Shown here piece after piece: positions 51,765 to 64,000 of a DNA stretch of 64,000 nucleotides. Position numbers and translations under genes: made by a program. The first letter of the stretch is position 1. Each line of letters starts with the position of its first letter. The DNA comes from Blasia pusilla (Eukaryota): the NCBI GenBank assembly GCA_050084515.1, contig CM114271.1, forward strand, positions 22,506,001 to 22,570,000. Direction: 5' to 3'. The notes below the pieces were generated by a model. That model had not been told where the DNA came from and made no database searches. It saw only the letters and a list, made by a program, of their open reading frames with translations.

Positions 51765-52360
51765 TGACATTGATGCTCACATTGGAGGTGAAGAATCTCC
51801 CACTTGTGATCCACAGTTTGTTGTAGGCTTTGGTGAAGAGGATCAATCATGCTCAGATGAGCTTTCGGCTCCTAAGGAGCCCTGTCCATCAACAGTTGGG
51901 GGAAAGAAGAAGCAAGTAATTTCTCCGTTTCAATTAGACAAGATGTGTGTCTACAATTTTGTTTCAAGGTTAGTGGCATTTGAAATAAATTGTCTCTAAT
52001 CGGTGGGTTGCATTGCATTGGCAGAAAGGGACAGTTGGAGGGGAAGCTACTTGGGCAAGGGATGTTGCACCCGGGCGTGTACCTGAAAGTCGTATTCCTC
52101 TCAAACAGCAAGTGGGTGTACAATATAGTGGAGTGGGACAGGAAAGCATGTCTCAGGGTGGTAGAGATGGACCCTATGCACAGAACTCCAAGCCAAGTTA
52201 GTTATACGGTGGATATTGTCCAACGGGGCAAGGGTGGAATAGTACAAATCTATCCATTTGCAATCTCAAATTTCTCTTTCATTATACATCATAGGATGAT
52301 GGTGGGAAGGTTGTGTGATGTGTCTATACTACACTGACATATATATCATATGTAGACTCT

Positions 52361-54750
52361 ATGCAGGGTGGATTCTCCAACTACACCGAGGGACCCTATC
52401 ATGCAGTGCCAAATAGTCAAGATCGGTTTGGAAGTAGTCAATATCTTTATGGACTCAATAATAGCACTCCAGAAATGTATGGACAACCTCAATGGTTGGG
52501 GCTAGGACCCACTCAAGGAGTGCAAATGACAAAGGCTACAGGTAATAGCAAGTCACGTATATATAGAGAAGTATCATCCCTATTTGGAGAATTTCTTCCA
52601 AGTGTTTTCACTAATTAGTAAGTGATCTGACATCGATGCATAGAGTCGGCTTGTAGGCATAAAGATTTGCAAAGTGGGCAGTAGTCCACTTTGCAAATCC
52701 TGAAGACTTGACTGAAGACATTCATACGACTCTAGGCTTGCGACGGGCAAGCGTTGGGACAACATACACACCAAACTCAGTGACTGGGAGCAGTGTCGAA
52801 GGCGAGGGGGTGAAGGTCCGAAAAGTGGGTGTGAACAACTTTGGTTGGATCACCACAACTTCAGAAGGAAAGAATAGGTGGTATGCAGATTTTAGAGTCG
52901 AGGTGTTGCGATGGCTTGACATCTCCATTGTGAATTTTTCAGACCAACAGTGAGGGGATTGGAATTCGGTGTTGAGTGATATTTCTGCTAGATGGGAGTA
53001 TGTTGGAAACAATGGCAATAGAGTGCCTCTTCCATGTTTGGAGGAATATGCACAACGAATACTCAAGACGGAGAGATTTAGATTGCGTTAGACATGGAAA
53101 GAAGCTGGAGAAGGCAAGAAAGTGGCCCCACCACCTCATATAGACCCCAACCAATGGGGGAGATTACTTATGCACTTCATGAGCAAGAGTGCAAAGACAA
53201 AGAGTGAGCAGATGTCCAAAGCACGGGCAGCGGTGACCAATCTAAACCCTGCAGGAAGAAAAGGGAATGCACCAATTGTAGAGCGCCTAGTATGAATAAT
53301 ATTGAAGGACACATCTTTAATTTCTATTACCACCATGCATATAGTTTTGCAATTGGTGTTTGGTAGACTAAACTTGGTTGGTGTAACATGTGTTGTAGAG
53401 AAAAGAGAAGGGGCAAACCCCTACTAAGGCGCATGTGCATGAGAAGCCAAAGAACCAAAGGAGTTATGGTACAAGTCCAATGTCAAAGCAGGTATTTGCA
53501 TCTAGTTGCTTTAGAGTAGAGTTGAATCTAGTGTATTTCTAGTACATGCCAATTGATATAGACTGAGATCCAGGTTTTGTATTTCAGCGCTAGGAACATC
53601 AAAGATGACGGAGATCTCTGCCCGATTAAAGTCTATGGAGGAGTTGTTGCCCGAGTCTGTGACTTACATAATTGATCGCATGGATGCATTCTCCAGCAGT
53701 TTGGACGTGCTAGAGGCAAGCATAGAGACTTATGTTGCTAATCAACAAGAGAACTTCATAAAGTTGATGGAATTGATTTCCATGAGCTTGAGAAGGGACC
53801 ATGAGGACATAAGGGGTTCCAAGGAGAGATCGGAAAATCCAAGAGTTGTATCCTCTCCTCATGGAGTTAGTGATCGAGACCCTACTCCTAGTGGAGCACT
53901 TGCCTCTATGCCGTTGAGTGTATCCTCTCCTCACCCAATCACAGGACCACCTTCAAGGGAGAGTGCACCCTCTCCGGAGCTGGTCACTATTGTGTCTTCA
54001 CCTCCAATTCTTCCACAAGTTGCCAAGGGTGTTCATACAGTAAGAGGACTAGATACAATTTTTGGCATTGCACCAACTGGTCCAAAGAAAAAGGGAGCCA
54101 CAAAAGAGGTTAATGCTACTATGTTTGCGCGTGATCCTTTGAGTTCAGGTATGTGAGTTAAAGTGATGTTGTGCATTTTACTTTGAAGTTGTTGAAAATC
54201 ATGATCTATTTGAAAGGGTAGTTAAAGTTTCTTGTTGATTGTGATTGTAGAGACCACAGATGAGGCCCCGGCCGTTGTAGGCAAACGCCAGGGTAGGACA
54301 TTGCGGAGATGCAATTTGGAGGCCACGGTATTTTCAGAGGAGAATGAGGAGAGTGCAAGGATGTTGGAGGGTGGTGGACCCATGGAGTTGGATCATTTGG
54401 ATCTTCTACAAAAGCCAATGGTGGTGAGAAGAGCGACACTTAAGAAGAGGACCCGAGAGGCTACCAAGCCGGTGTTGAAATCTGTTGTGCCTCTGTGGCA
54501 CCAGTTGATATCACGTGAGAACCCCTCTGTGGTTGTAGGTTATGGCAGCTTGCATGATGGTTGTTCTACTTTCCATGGATGTGACATTCCACATGGGCAT
54601 TCTGTTCTCCATTTGAGAGAAGTCTACAAGAAGAAATATGTATTGCCATTTCCAAATATGGTTGACGATCCACCACAGATTTATGTTGGAGATGTCATTG
54701 ATAGTGTAGTGTTATGGCCATCTCATCTTGTTATGCCTTCCCAGAAGTAG
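52361..54750 (+). pseudogene. CACTA TnpA-like second gene, spliced and degenerate
   Basis: PPHIDPNQWGRLLMHF..KTKSEQMSKAR....PAGRKG (Ptta/En/Spm type) at about 53130-53270; a coiled coil; C-terminal FHGCDIP..LPFP..GDVIDSVVLWPSHLV. Confidence 0.7.
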
Positions 54751-55845
54751 GGGCACCTTCGCTTTGTGTGTAGAATTTTTTAGTAAACCTTCCCTTTGAC
54801 ATCCCTCTTGAGTGTGGCGATCTCCATATACTTGTAACTTTTGTACTCATAAGTAGAGGAACATGATGTTTGTGTTTCAATTTTGAGAATATCAAAGGGG
54901 GAGTTTGCACTGAGAAGTAGATTTTGTGTTCTTCCATTGATGAGCATCTTTAACTATAATTCATTAGGCATTCTTCTGACGTAAGAAAATAGTCCATTTC
55001 AAGATGTATGGATACACTGTGTAGCTTTGGACTTACTGCCACAATTGGATGTAAGAAACATTTGCTAGCTGTATCTTTCAATAGATAAGGATTTTTTACT
55101 GTGAAAAACTGAGCTGATCAGATGCTACAACATGGATGGGTTGGTACATGAGTAATGTGCTTGTATGTTTTCACACGATGCTGGTAGCATTAGGACTATA
55201 CAACAGATACATAATGGCATCTCCATTGCATGGACGTAAGAGAAGTAGTGATAGGTGCAGGGAGGGTAGGTAGGAAGGATTAATTCATATTCATGGATAC
55301 AAAATGGACTAAAATGCCAATTTCATTTACATATTCTTGTCAACAATAAAGCAATATGTCATACATAATGACTGGTATAGTTGTTATTTGGATATTATTA
55401 GTGAATAGGATTGTAAATGACATGGAAAAGTCATTTTAATGACTCTTAGTCATTATTTTATGACGCATGAAATCATTATTTATTATTCTGAGTAGTCACT
55501 CTTAATGACTCGCCTAATCATTATTAATGACTTGTCTAGTCAATTCCTAATGAATCTAGTCATTCTTGATGAATCATCTAATCAGTCCTTATGACTCTTC
55601 TAGTCATTTCTTATTACTCGTCCAGTCATTTTTTATGACTTAACCTAGTCATAAAAAATGACTAGATGAAGTCATATTTAGTGACTATGTTGAGTAACAA
55701 AAAAGAGACTCATAAATGACTACCCTCGGTTTTAGTAACAACTTATACGACTAGGAGTAATTTTTATTACTAGAGTCTGGTTAAGTAATTACTTAATCAC
55801 ACAGGCCCGGTTTGAGTAACATCTAGTCATTTTTTTGTACTAGTG

Positions 55846-55990
55846 TACAGGTACTGCTGCACGCGCACTCCAACGTGCAAAACAGAAGCTAACCCAGTGT
55901 TGATCCCTCCAAAGAGATCCAACACCTGAATACCCTCCTCTTGGATGCACCACACAATCGGGGTGGTGTCCAAAGGGGTGATAGCGGCAC
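55846..55990 (-). pseudogene. DNMT domain N-terminal part (SAM-binding motif I)
   Basis: EEGIQVLDLFGGINTGLASVLHVGVRVQQYL; joins in frame to YVEIDD after removing the CACTA element and one TSD copy. Confidence 0.92.
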
Positions 55991-56299
55991 TCCTGCCTAC
56001 CTGGGATTCCTCTGACCCGTCACACTCTGGTGCAAACGTCTCGCTCCACGCAGTCTACACATGCTCAGTGGCTAAGCGTTGAAGCTCCTCAACCGAGCCC
56101 CAAAGCGGCACCTCTCCTCCACGGACTGATGTGGCTACCATGACACTCCTCTCCATAGAAATGTGAGGAACGGGAGTATCCTCTGCATGGACATGTCCCT
56201 CAATAAAATCAATAGGCCAAGTGATGGCAATGCTAAATGCTGCTAAGGTCGCCATCTCTCCTGGCGGTCGCTCGATCACTGCACATGTAAATCGAACGG

Positions 56300-56720
56300 G
56301 TAATGATCTAAGGCGCCCATCACCTGACTGCCATCCTAGTCTATAGGACACCCACTCCTCCGAGTAATCCAGGGAAAACCCCATCGGGTATAATACTGCT
56401 CCACCAACCAAGACGTCGTAGGACTCTGCATCAGTCACTATCGCCTTGGCTCACACCACGAACTCATCTATAGGTTGTCTCGGGCGAATCCTAACCACAA
56501 CCTCATGTTGGGTGATATACTGTGTGATACTCACTCCAAGGATGTCTGTATCCGGAATGGACAATGCTCCACATCGGCTCTCGTCAAGCCCAATCCTCTA
56601 AATGCCACTTTCCCCAACATCATGGGTTGCGCTCTTGAATCCAACAAGACGCGTTGCGGACTAAAAGCTCTACCTCCAGGACTCACCAACTAGAAGACTT
56701 CTCCCCGATTATCCAGCAAC
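56300..56720 (-). pseudogene. Retroviral-type aspartic protease of element B
   Basis: PQRVLLDSRAQPMMLG (LLDSGA with G>R) and YDVLVGGAVL. Confidence 0.8.
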
Positions 56721-57349
56721 ACAACACCAGGAGAAGCCATGGCACACTCTATCGCGGGTCTAGCGGGCATCTCCGCCATCCTAGCAGCCGTAGCGTGCTA
56801 TGAATTTGAAGTGGACACCCCGAGCATCCGCTCCAAGGGTAGGCCCATCACCTCCTCTGCAAACACCTCAGAACATGATGCAAGAACTCCAACTCCACGC
56901 TCACCTAATGTAGTGGCCAGCCAGAACACCTCGGTGGGTGTACCTCCCAATGTCATAACATTGGAAGCAGAAAATAGCAAAGCACGGTACACCATCGTGG
57001 CCGCCCCCAACATCGTACTCGACACATGCTTCTCCTGAGCATCACCAATAGGAGTCGTTGCACTCATTTCTCCCATTATCCTCCGTGCTTGCACACCAAT
57101 AACATCACCAACTCTCCGGGAACTCTGATCAAGACCCATCGATGGGATCCTCATGGCCTCCGATAATGTGAAAGATTGAGAAAGCCTGGTCTGTTTCGTG
57201 GCTTCCCCTCGCTATTGATCCAACTCTGCAGTTGCTCCACGCGTCACAACTGCGGCGGCCTCCATCTGGGCAACCCTGCACATCCAACCAGGATCCTCCA
57301 TATCTCTAGCTGCTCCATATGATGTCGATGCCACGGATCCGGCATCCGG

Positions 57350-58681
57350 TAACCTCAATGCCGTAGTGGCCCTCTGCTCCTATAGCTACTGTAATCGAGC
57401 AACCATCCTAGCCTCACGCCCGGCGTCTCCCTCGACGCGTCTAGGTGGTGGAACTCTACCTCCTCCACCGGCAACTCCACCACCCTGTCGGGCAACTCCA
57501 ACTCCTTGTCCCCCAACGGGACCACCTGGTGCACGACCTCTAGGCCCACTCGGACGTGCAACTCGCTCTAGTGCCATCTCGGGCCCTTAGTCCCGACATA
57601 ACTCAGGGTGCAAGCTGAAACATCTCGCGCGTGTATGACCGTACCTTTGACAATAGTCACACTGATAACCTCCTGCTATAGCACCATCTCCTCCTCCATG
57701 CTGAGGCAGAAGTCCATGACCCTAACGAGTGCAATCGCGGTGATGATGGGCTCCACCACATGACCAACAAGTAATCATAGACGGCTGATGTTGAGCCGCA
57801 TATGAAGGTGCAAGTCTCTGTGGTACGGCCTCCTGATATCCTCCTTGAGCTCGTGGTGCCACAATCAACCTATCTCGAAGTCCACGTTGCTGCATGGGTG
57901 GTGTAGACAATCGTGACTGCTCTTGCCCAGAACCCATGGTGGCTACGCTCTCCTCCGCCATGTTGCGCTCAATATTCTCGGTGGTCATTAAAACAACTCT
58001 CAACGTAGGGGAGATGTTCATAAGAAGCACCCTCCGTACCCGTATCCGCAGGGTCCAATCCAACATCGCGTACCATGACTGTATAGCATGAGCCTCTGTC
58101 ACCCCCTGAATAACGTTGATCAACCAGCATAAGTGAGTGGAAGCCTCACACAAACTCTCACCAGGGCGCCTCTGGAAGTCGTGGATGCTTCGCAACTTCT
58201 CCGTCCATACCCCCTGGTAGCTTGCCCTCAACTCAGCGAAGAACTCAACCACGAGGTTGAACCTTGGACGAACCCGACTAGACAGTGCAATCGCTCCAAT
58301 GCGAGTGACCCCTCCTAAAACATCACTAGTGGAAGAGTAAGCAACCTCTCCTAGCTCCTCCTCCTCCTCATGTGGGAATGGCTCCGTCCATGACTCATAG
58401 TGTGGATCATAACACAGTCGCCATGTCTCAATCTCTTGGGCATATCTGTGGGAGAACTCATGGTAATCGTCCATGGGCGCCCCCTCTAAATGCTAGAACA
58501 TATGGTTCCATGCTATAAATGGGTTGAACTCTTTAGAGTTCCTAGCCCGTTCTGAGTCATACCAACTCCTAAACTCTACAATGAAGTCGTGTAGCTCTAT
58601 AGTGCCTACAACACCCGAAAACCTACGCGGTCCTCTACCCCGATCATCCATCTCATACGCCCAACTGGTAGGACCACTCAA
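57350..58681 (-). pseudogene. gag of element B with two CCHC zinc knuckles
   Basis: PRRFSG..LHDFIVEF, FQRRPGESL, CWSCGGAHHHRDC, CDYCQRYGHTRARC. Confidence 0.85.
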
Positions 58682-60495
58682 TGTGTATGATGGATGACTA
58701 ACACAATCCTCTTCACGCTCTCACGTGGAGATCCTCGAAACCTCGCACCACTCCGGGTAAACCCTCCAGAGCTACTCTGAGATCCACTACCTTGCCTCTC
58801 AAAATCCCAAAAAGATGCCATGATGACCCTCATGTCCCTTTCTCGCAATCACTCTCAACCTCGCCTGCAATCACTCGATCACTCACTTTAACATGCGGCA
58901 CTCAAACTACACTCTCTCAGTGAGACGTGTATTGTGCGGCAACAAACGGCGTGGTGCGAAAATAGGCTAATCTATCATCTCATCGACAAACCATCCTCAA
59001 CTCAAGACATCCCACACAAGCCTATGTCCCCTAAACCCATACATCATCGACGCTCTCACCATCAGCACGAAACCCAATATCCCAAATAACTTCCCAATAC
59101 CTGGAAATCCCCCACACATGCAGGGTAAGAGACCAGAATGGGTAACGTGACAATAATGTCGATGTCGCTCCTCAACAACTGCAAATCTCAGCCCAACTCG
59201 GTCGTGAAGACAACTCCTCCAATTGGCAAGTCGTATTGCTCTTGTACTGACGTTGCTCAAACCTCCTCAATGTGCGGTGTAGGTCCAGCAGTCCGATGCA
59301 CCATTGGCGGCATGAAACAGCATGAACGACACTCGAGAATGGGGTGTGGCACTCGGTGGCATACCCTCCTCAATCAGCAATTCACAGGCCTTGCTCCTTA
59401 GTGAAGGAGTGGCTCCATGATCGAGACGATGCGATGCGGCCATGAGCGGCACGGGGCGGCAATCAATGGCGCGTTGCGGCTACGGGCATCACGGCAGGGT
59501 ACTCGATCGTCGTCGAGCGGCTACAAATCACAACATAGCAACATAAAATGAAAACTCAAACACCATAACCCGAGGTCACATGCCATCACTGGTTGATGAC
59601 GAAACTGCGATGACCGTGGCGGCCAAAACAAAGTACGTGGTGGCGGCGCAAGTCAAAGAATCAACAGTCATCGTGGAAGACCCTCCACTCCATAATGGCG
59701 GCAATGGCAGCCAAGGGTGGACAAAGGCCAAACGCGGCTTTGAGCACCGCTAGGCGGCGATGGTGGCCTACGGTGGACGATGGACGGTGGATAGTGGACC
59801 GCTGACGGTGACGATTAACCGTTGATGGTGATGGTTGACCGTTGACTGTGAAGGTTGACGGTCGATGGTCGATGGTAATGGTTGACCATTGACGACAGAC
59901 CATTGACGGTGACTATGACGGCGACAGCCATCGCCGGCGAGGCGGCTGGTTTAGGGTTTGAACAATTTAACCCTAAAAATCACCTACCAATTGCAAGATT
60001 GACCATAAATTTTTGCTTGCAAATCCAAATTATGCACCGTCTAGTGCATAACTTGCACAGATTTACGATCTACGACAGTCTTAAAAAATATTTTGAATGG
60101 ACATTTGAGTAAAAATTGACTGGGATTGTTGTAAAGCCCAACGTCTCTTTCTCCTCCACAAAAATCTGGCAGCGCTTTCGCGCTGATTTCTCACAACTAA
60201 GATCTAAAACCTATGAGAACACAAATCAGCAAGCTACATGGTGCTCCTAAGAGCACCGGCATGGAGCAATCCCCCCCATACTCAATTTCTATCAAAAATT
60301 GGGCAGCGCTTCCTCGTGCCACTCTCCCGTACAAAAAATCAACAATGCAAAACAGCAAACTCGCATTGCTCTTGCTCCGGTGAGCACTCCCATGAGCCAC
60401 AAAGCAGGGAACACGGTCCCCCAACCTACACCAAACATCAAGAAACCTGAGAGCTCCCCCATGAAGCTCTCTCACTTGCTCAATTCTCTCTTTGT

Positions 60496-60998
60496 AAAAT
60501 AAGTTCCTATCTCTCTCACAACACCATAGTTCTCACATGTCTCTCTCAATGTCAAACCAAACCCACTCTCCTAATGAGAGGCTTGGGTTACACTCATAAG
60601 GCAAGGGACCATAATCCTGCCGCCTCGTACCAAGAGGTTCAACAAAGAGAGAATGAACTCTCAAGCTCTCTCTCTCCTTGAGGTATTCCCCTCCCCTCCC
60701 CCTACTTCTCTCTCCATGATAACCTATGATCCCAAGTCACCTCCTTGGCTATTGACCTCAGGTAGGAGATCAAGGGCCACTTATTAAAAATATAAATTTG
60801 ACCATATACTCAAAATGGAACTTACCTAAAATAGTAAGTTCCTCCATATGGCTCCAAATGAGCCGTAACGAAGGGAAAACCTGCTCTCTCAGGTTTCTCA
60901 GAGCCTCAACAGGTCATCCTCAACCTCTTGAGCCTGTCCTCCATTTCTCGAGAAGGCGCTCTACTAGATCTCTCCAATCTATCCTAAAAGATATTACA
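60496..60998 (-). repeat. 5' terminal repeat X1 of element B
   Basis: Direct repeat of 37929-38441 and inverted homolog of 36381-36886. Confidence 0.92.
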
Positions 60999-61021
60999 CG
61001 CATCCTATTACTGAGTATCGT

Positions 61022-62283
61022 TGTCGTGTCCAGAGTCTTTCTTCGAGTAAGGGCGGACCTTCTAGTTGTAGTAGACGTGGTTGATGCAAGTCGAAATCTG
61101 TAATAAGTTCTTCTTTTTCAGTACAAAATTATTATGTAAACCCTCCATTCTCTTATGACAGGAATTACGAATGGTAGTGCCGAGGCGATCACTTCTTCAT
61201 AACATGGAACCCCAAAATTCCTAACTATAAAGTCCGTATAAAATACTTTACGTTTGTACACAAGGAAAATAGCACAACTAGTGTTGAACCCTACTCAAGC
61301 AGGCCTATTGACGTCCATGGATTGCTACATAAGGACATACAATGTACAATCCCATGTCCTTCCGTAGATGACTATAGGAAGAATCACCGGAGTTGGAGAT
61401 TGCATGACTTGGGAATGCCTCCCCAAAGTGATAGATTAGATAGCAAGTGAACCAGTGCCTATCTACAAAAAGAATCTTGACGTGGTACGGATTAAGGAAA
61501 GAAAAATCGGGCAAACTCGTGCTCCATCCCAATCCATACTTGAAAAACATCCTCTATTCTCCTCTAGAACGGGGACTATCCCTTTTGGGGAGTTGCTCTC
61601 CCAAGAGGGGTAATCCACTCTCATTAGGAAAATAACAAGCCAAACCATCAATTATTTCTAGTATGACTAAACTCCCCTAAGGTGACAAGTCTCACATTCT
61701 AGAATCCTCTCAAAGACTAGATCATGGTCAAGTTACTTTCCCAAGACAGATAATCCACTCTCATTCGAAGAGCAAGCAATCCCAAAGCCATCCACTCAAG
61801 AGTGACGCGAGAAATTCAAGATGTGAAGTAGAAGGTGATGAACCCTTGAAGGTCCCTCCTCTTTATATACTCACAAGGGATCCACAAGAGTATGAAATAG
61901 GGCTAATCTTATCTTGTGCCACATGGCTTCTTCTCAAGGCTTAGCCAATTACATTTTGACACAATTCCTCTCAAGGCTTAGCCAAAATATCCTCTTTTAC
62001 TCCGTTCATATCTTCCAAACTACCCCACCTACCCTAGCCACCAACCAAGACTACTTTTTCTTTTGTTTCATTAAAGCACCAACCCCGTTACTTTACTTTT
62101 CTAATCCCATCTATTATTTATTATCCCTTTTCCTAAAGTTGGATCCGCGCAAATGAGTCACCCTAAAGAGGTTTAAACATGAGAATTTCCTTTTCCTAAG
62201 CTAATTTACTTAAAACTAATAAAACTCTCTCTAACACTTAATGATAGAGGAGTTTACATAGTGGGTGATTTTATTATACGACA
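61022..62283. mobile_element. Solo-LTR-like insert of about 1.26 kb in the leader of element A
   Basis: TGTCGTGT...ATACGACA inverted termini; absent from the homologous leader of B. No clean TSD. Confidence 0.55.
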
Positions 62284-62979
62284 CGGTGTTGTTTGTAATC
62301 ATTCTGTGCGACGAATGCCGCATCGTATCGCTGGATCCGCACCGCACATCGAGGAGATTTGAACATCGTCAATAGCAGAGGAGTACGACTTGCTGCTTGG
62401 AGGAGTTGTCTTCACGACCGAGTTGGGATCGAGATTTTTCAATTACCGAGGCGCAACATCGACACTTATTGTCAGGTTATCCATTTTGGTCTTTTTCCCT
62501 GCACGTGTTAGGGATTTCCGGGTATTGGGTAGTTGTTTGGGATATTGGGTTTCGTGCTGATACTGAGAGCATCATTGATGTATAGGTTAGGTAACATAGA
62601 CTTGTGTGGTATATCTAGAGTTGAGGGTGTATCCTGTCGATGAGATGATAAGACAATAGACGATTTGCCGTACCACGCCGCTTGTTGTCGCACAGCACAT
62701 GTCTTAGTGAGAGAATGTGAATTGAGTGCCGCATGTTGGATTGCGTCATTGAGTGATTACTCGCGAGATTGAGAATGATCATGTGAGAGGGGCACAAGGG
62801 TCATCACAACGTCCTTTCGGGACTTTGAGAGGCGAGGTGGTAGACCTTAGAGTAGCTCTACACGGTTTACTTGGAGTGGTACGAGGTTTCGAGAGTCTCC
62901 ACGTGAGAGACCACCTCGATATCCTTCTGTGTCGTCTTCAAACGATGGAGAGAGTATAGAGGAATCTGCTAGTAATCCA

Positions 62980-64000
62980 CCGCACACATTGAGTGGTCCT
63001 ACCAGTTGGGCGTAAGAGATGGACGACCAGGGTAGAGCACCGCGTAGGTTTTCGCGTGCTATAGGCACTATAGAGTTACACGACTTTATTGCAGAGTTTA
63101 GGAGTTGGTGTGACTTATGGCGGACTAGGAACTCCAGAGAGTTCAACCCGTTTACACCATGGAACGGAATATATTAGCATTTAGAGGGGGCACCCATGGA
63201 CGATTACCATGAGTTCTCGCATAGATATGCCCATAAGATTGAGGCTTGTAGACTCTGCTATGACCCACACTATGTGTCATGGACTGAGCCGTTTCCACAT
63301 GAGGAGGAGGAGTCAGGAGAGGGTTCCTCCACCAGTGATGTTGTAGGAGGGATGACTCACACTAGAGCAGTTGCATCATCCAGTCGAGTTCGTCCCAAGT
63401 TCAACCCCGTGGTTGAGTTCTTCATTGAGTTGAGGACGAGCTGCCAAGGGGTACGAACGCAGAAGTTGCGGAGCTTCCATGACTTCTAGAGGCGCCCAGG
63501 TGAGAGTTTGCATGAAGCCTACACACGCTTGCGCCGGTTGATTAACGTCGCTCATGGGGTGACAGAGGCTCATGCTATCTAGTCATGGTACGCGATGCTG
63601 GACCGGACAATGCGGATACGTGTGCGAGAGGGGATGCTTCTTATGAACACCTCCCCTATGTTGAGAGATGTTTTTAGGACTGCCGAGAACATTGAGCGCA
63701 ACGTGGCGGAGGAGACCGTAGCCACCATGGGTTCTGGGCGAAAGCAGTCATAATTGCGTGCACCACCAGTACAACAACGTGGATTTTGAGATAGGTCCGT
63801 GGCACCACGAGCTCAGAGAGGGTACCGGGAGGCCATGCCACAAAGACGTGCGCCTTCATATGTGGCCCAGCAGTAGGCGCCTTCGATAACTTCTTGGTCA
63901 TATGGTGGAGCCCATCATCAGCGTGATTGCACTCGTCAGGGTCATGGTCGCGTGCCTCAGCATGGAGGAGGAGATAGTGCTTCACCAGGAGTTTATCAGT
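62980..64000 (+). pseudogene. gag of element A, degenerate and continuing past the window
   Basis: MDDYHEFSHRYAHKIEACRLCYDPHY..WTEPFPHEEE closely matches the 57722-58474 ORF; several stops. Confidence 0.88.

Overview
Eukaryotic, land-plant-type genomic DNA (probably a bryophyte or other non-seed plant, which is an inference) dominated by transposable elements. Three intact spliced host genes can be reconstructed by hand: tubulin-folding cofactor B (+, 11878-14972), an EXPERA/TMEM97-like membrane protein (-, 20505-18936) and an FSH1/OVCA2-type serine hydrolase (-, 31629-29056). The right half is a four-level TE nest. A Copia RT relic contains Gypsy element A (+, from 36381 to beyond the window). 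Its leader contains same-family element B (-, 37801-60998, 4-bp TSD CGCA), which in turn contains a 13-kb CACTA element (42853-55845, TSD TAC). The main finding is element B: its pol encodes, between protease and RT, a cytosine-5 DNA methyltransferase domain with motifs I, II, IV, VI, VIII, IX and X in canonical order. The domain reads in frame once the CACTA insert is removed, although this copy is decayed. Element B also has a PHD finger after the DDE integrase and unusual split direct repeats (X...Y-X-Y) instead of two ordinary LTRs. The CACTA element carries an EDM2-like composite PHD module and a BRCT domain. All calls come from reading the sequence by eye; no searches were run.
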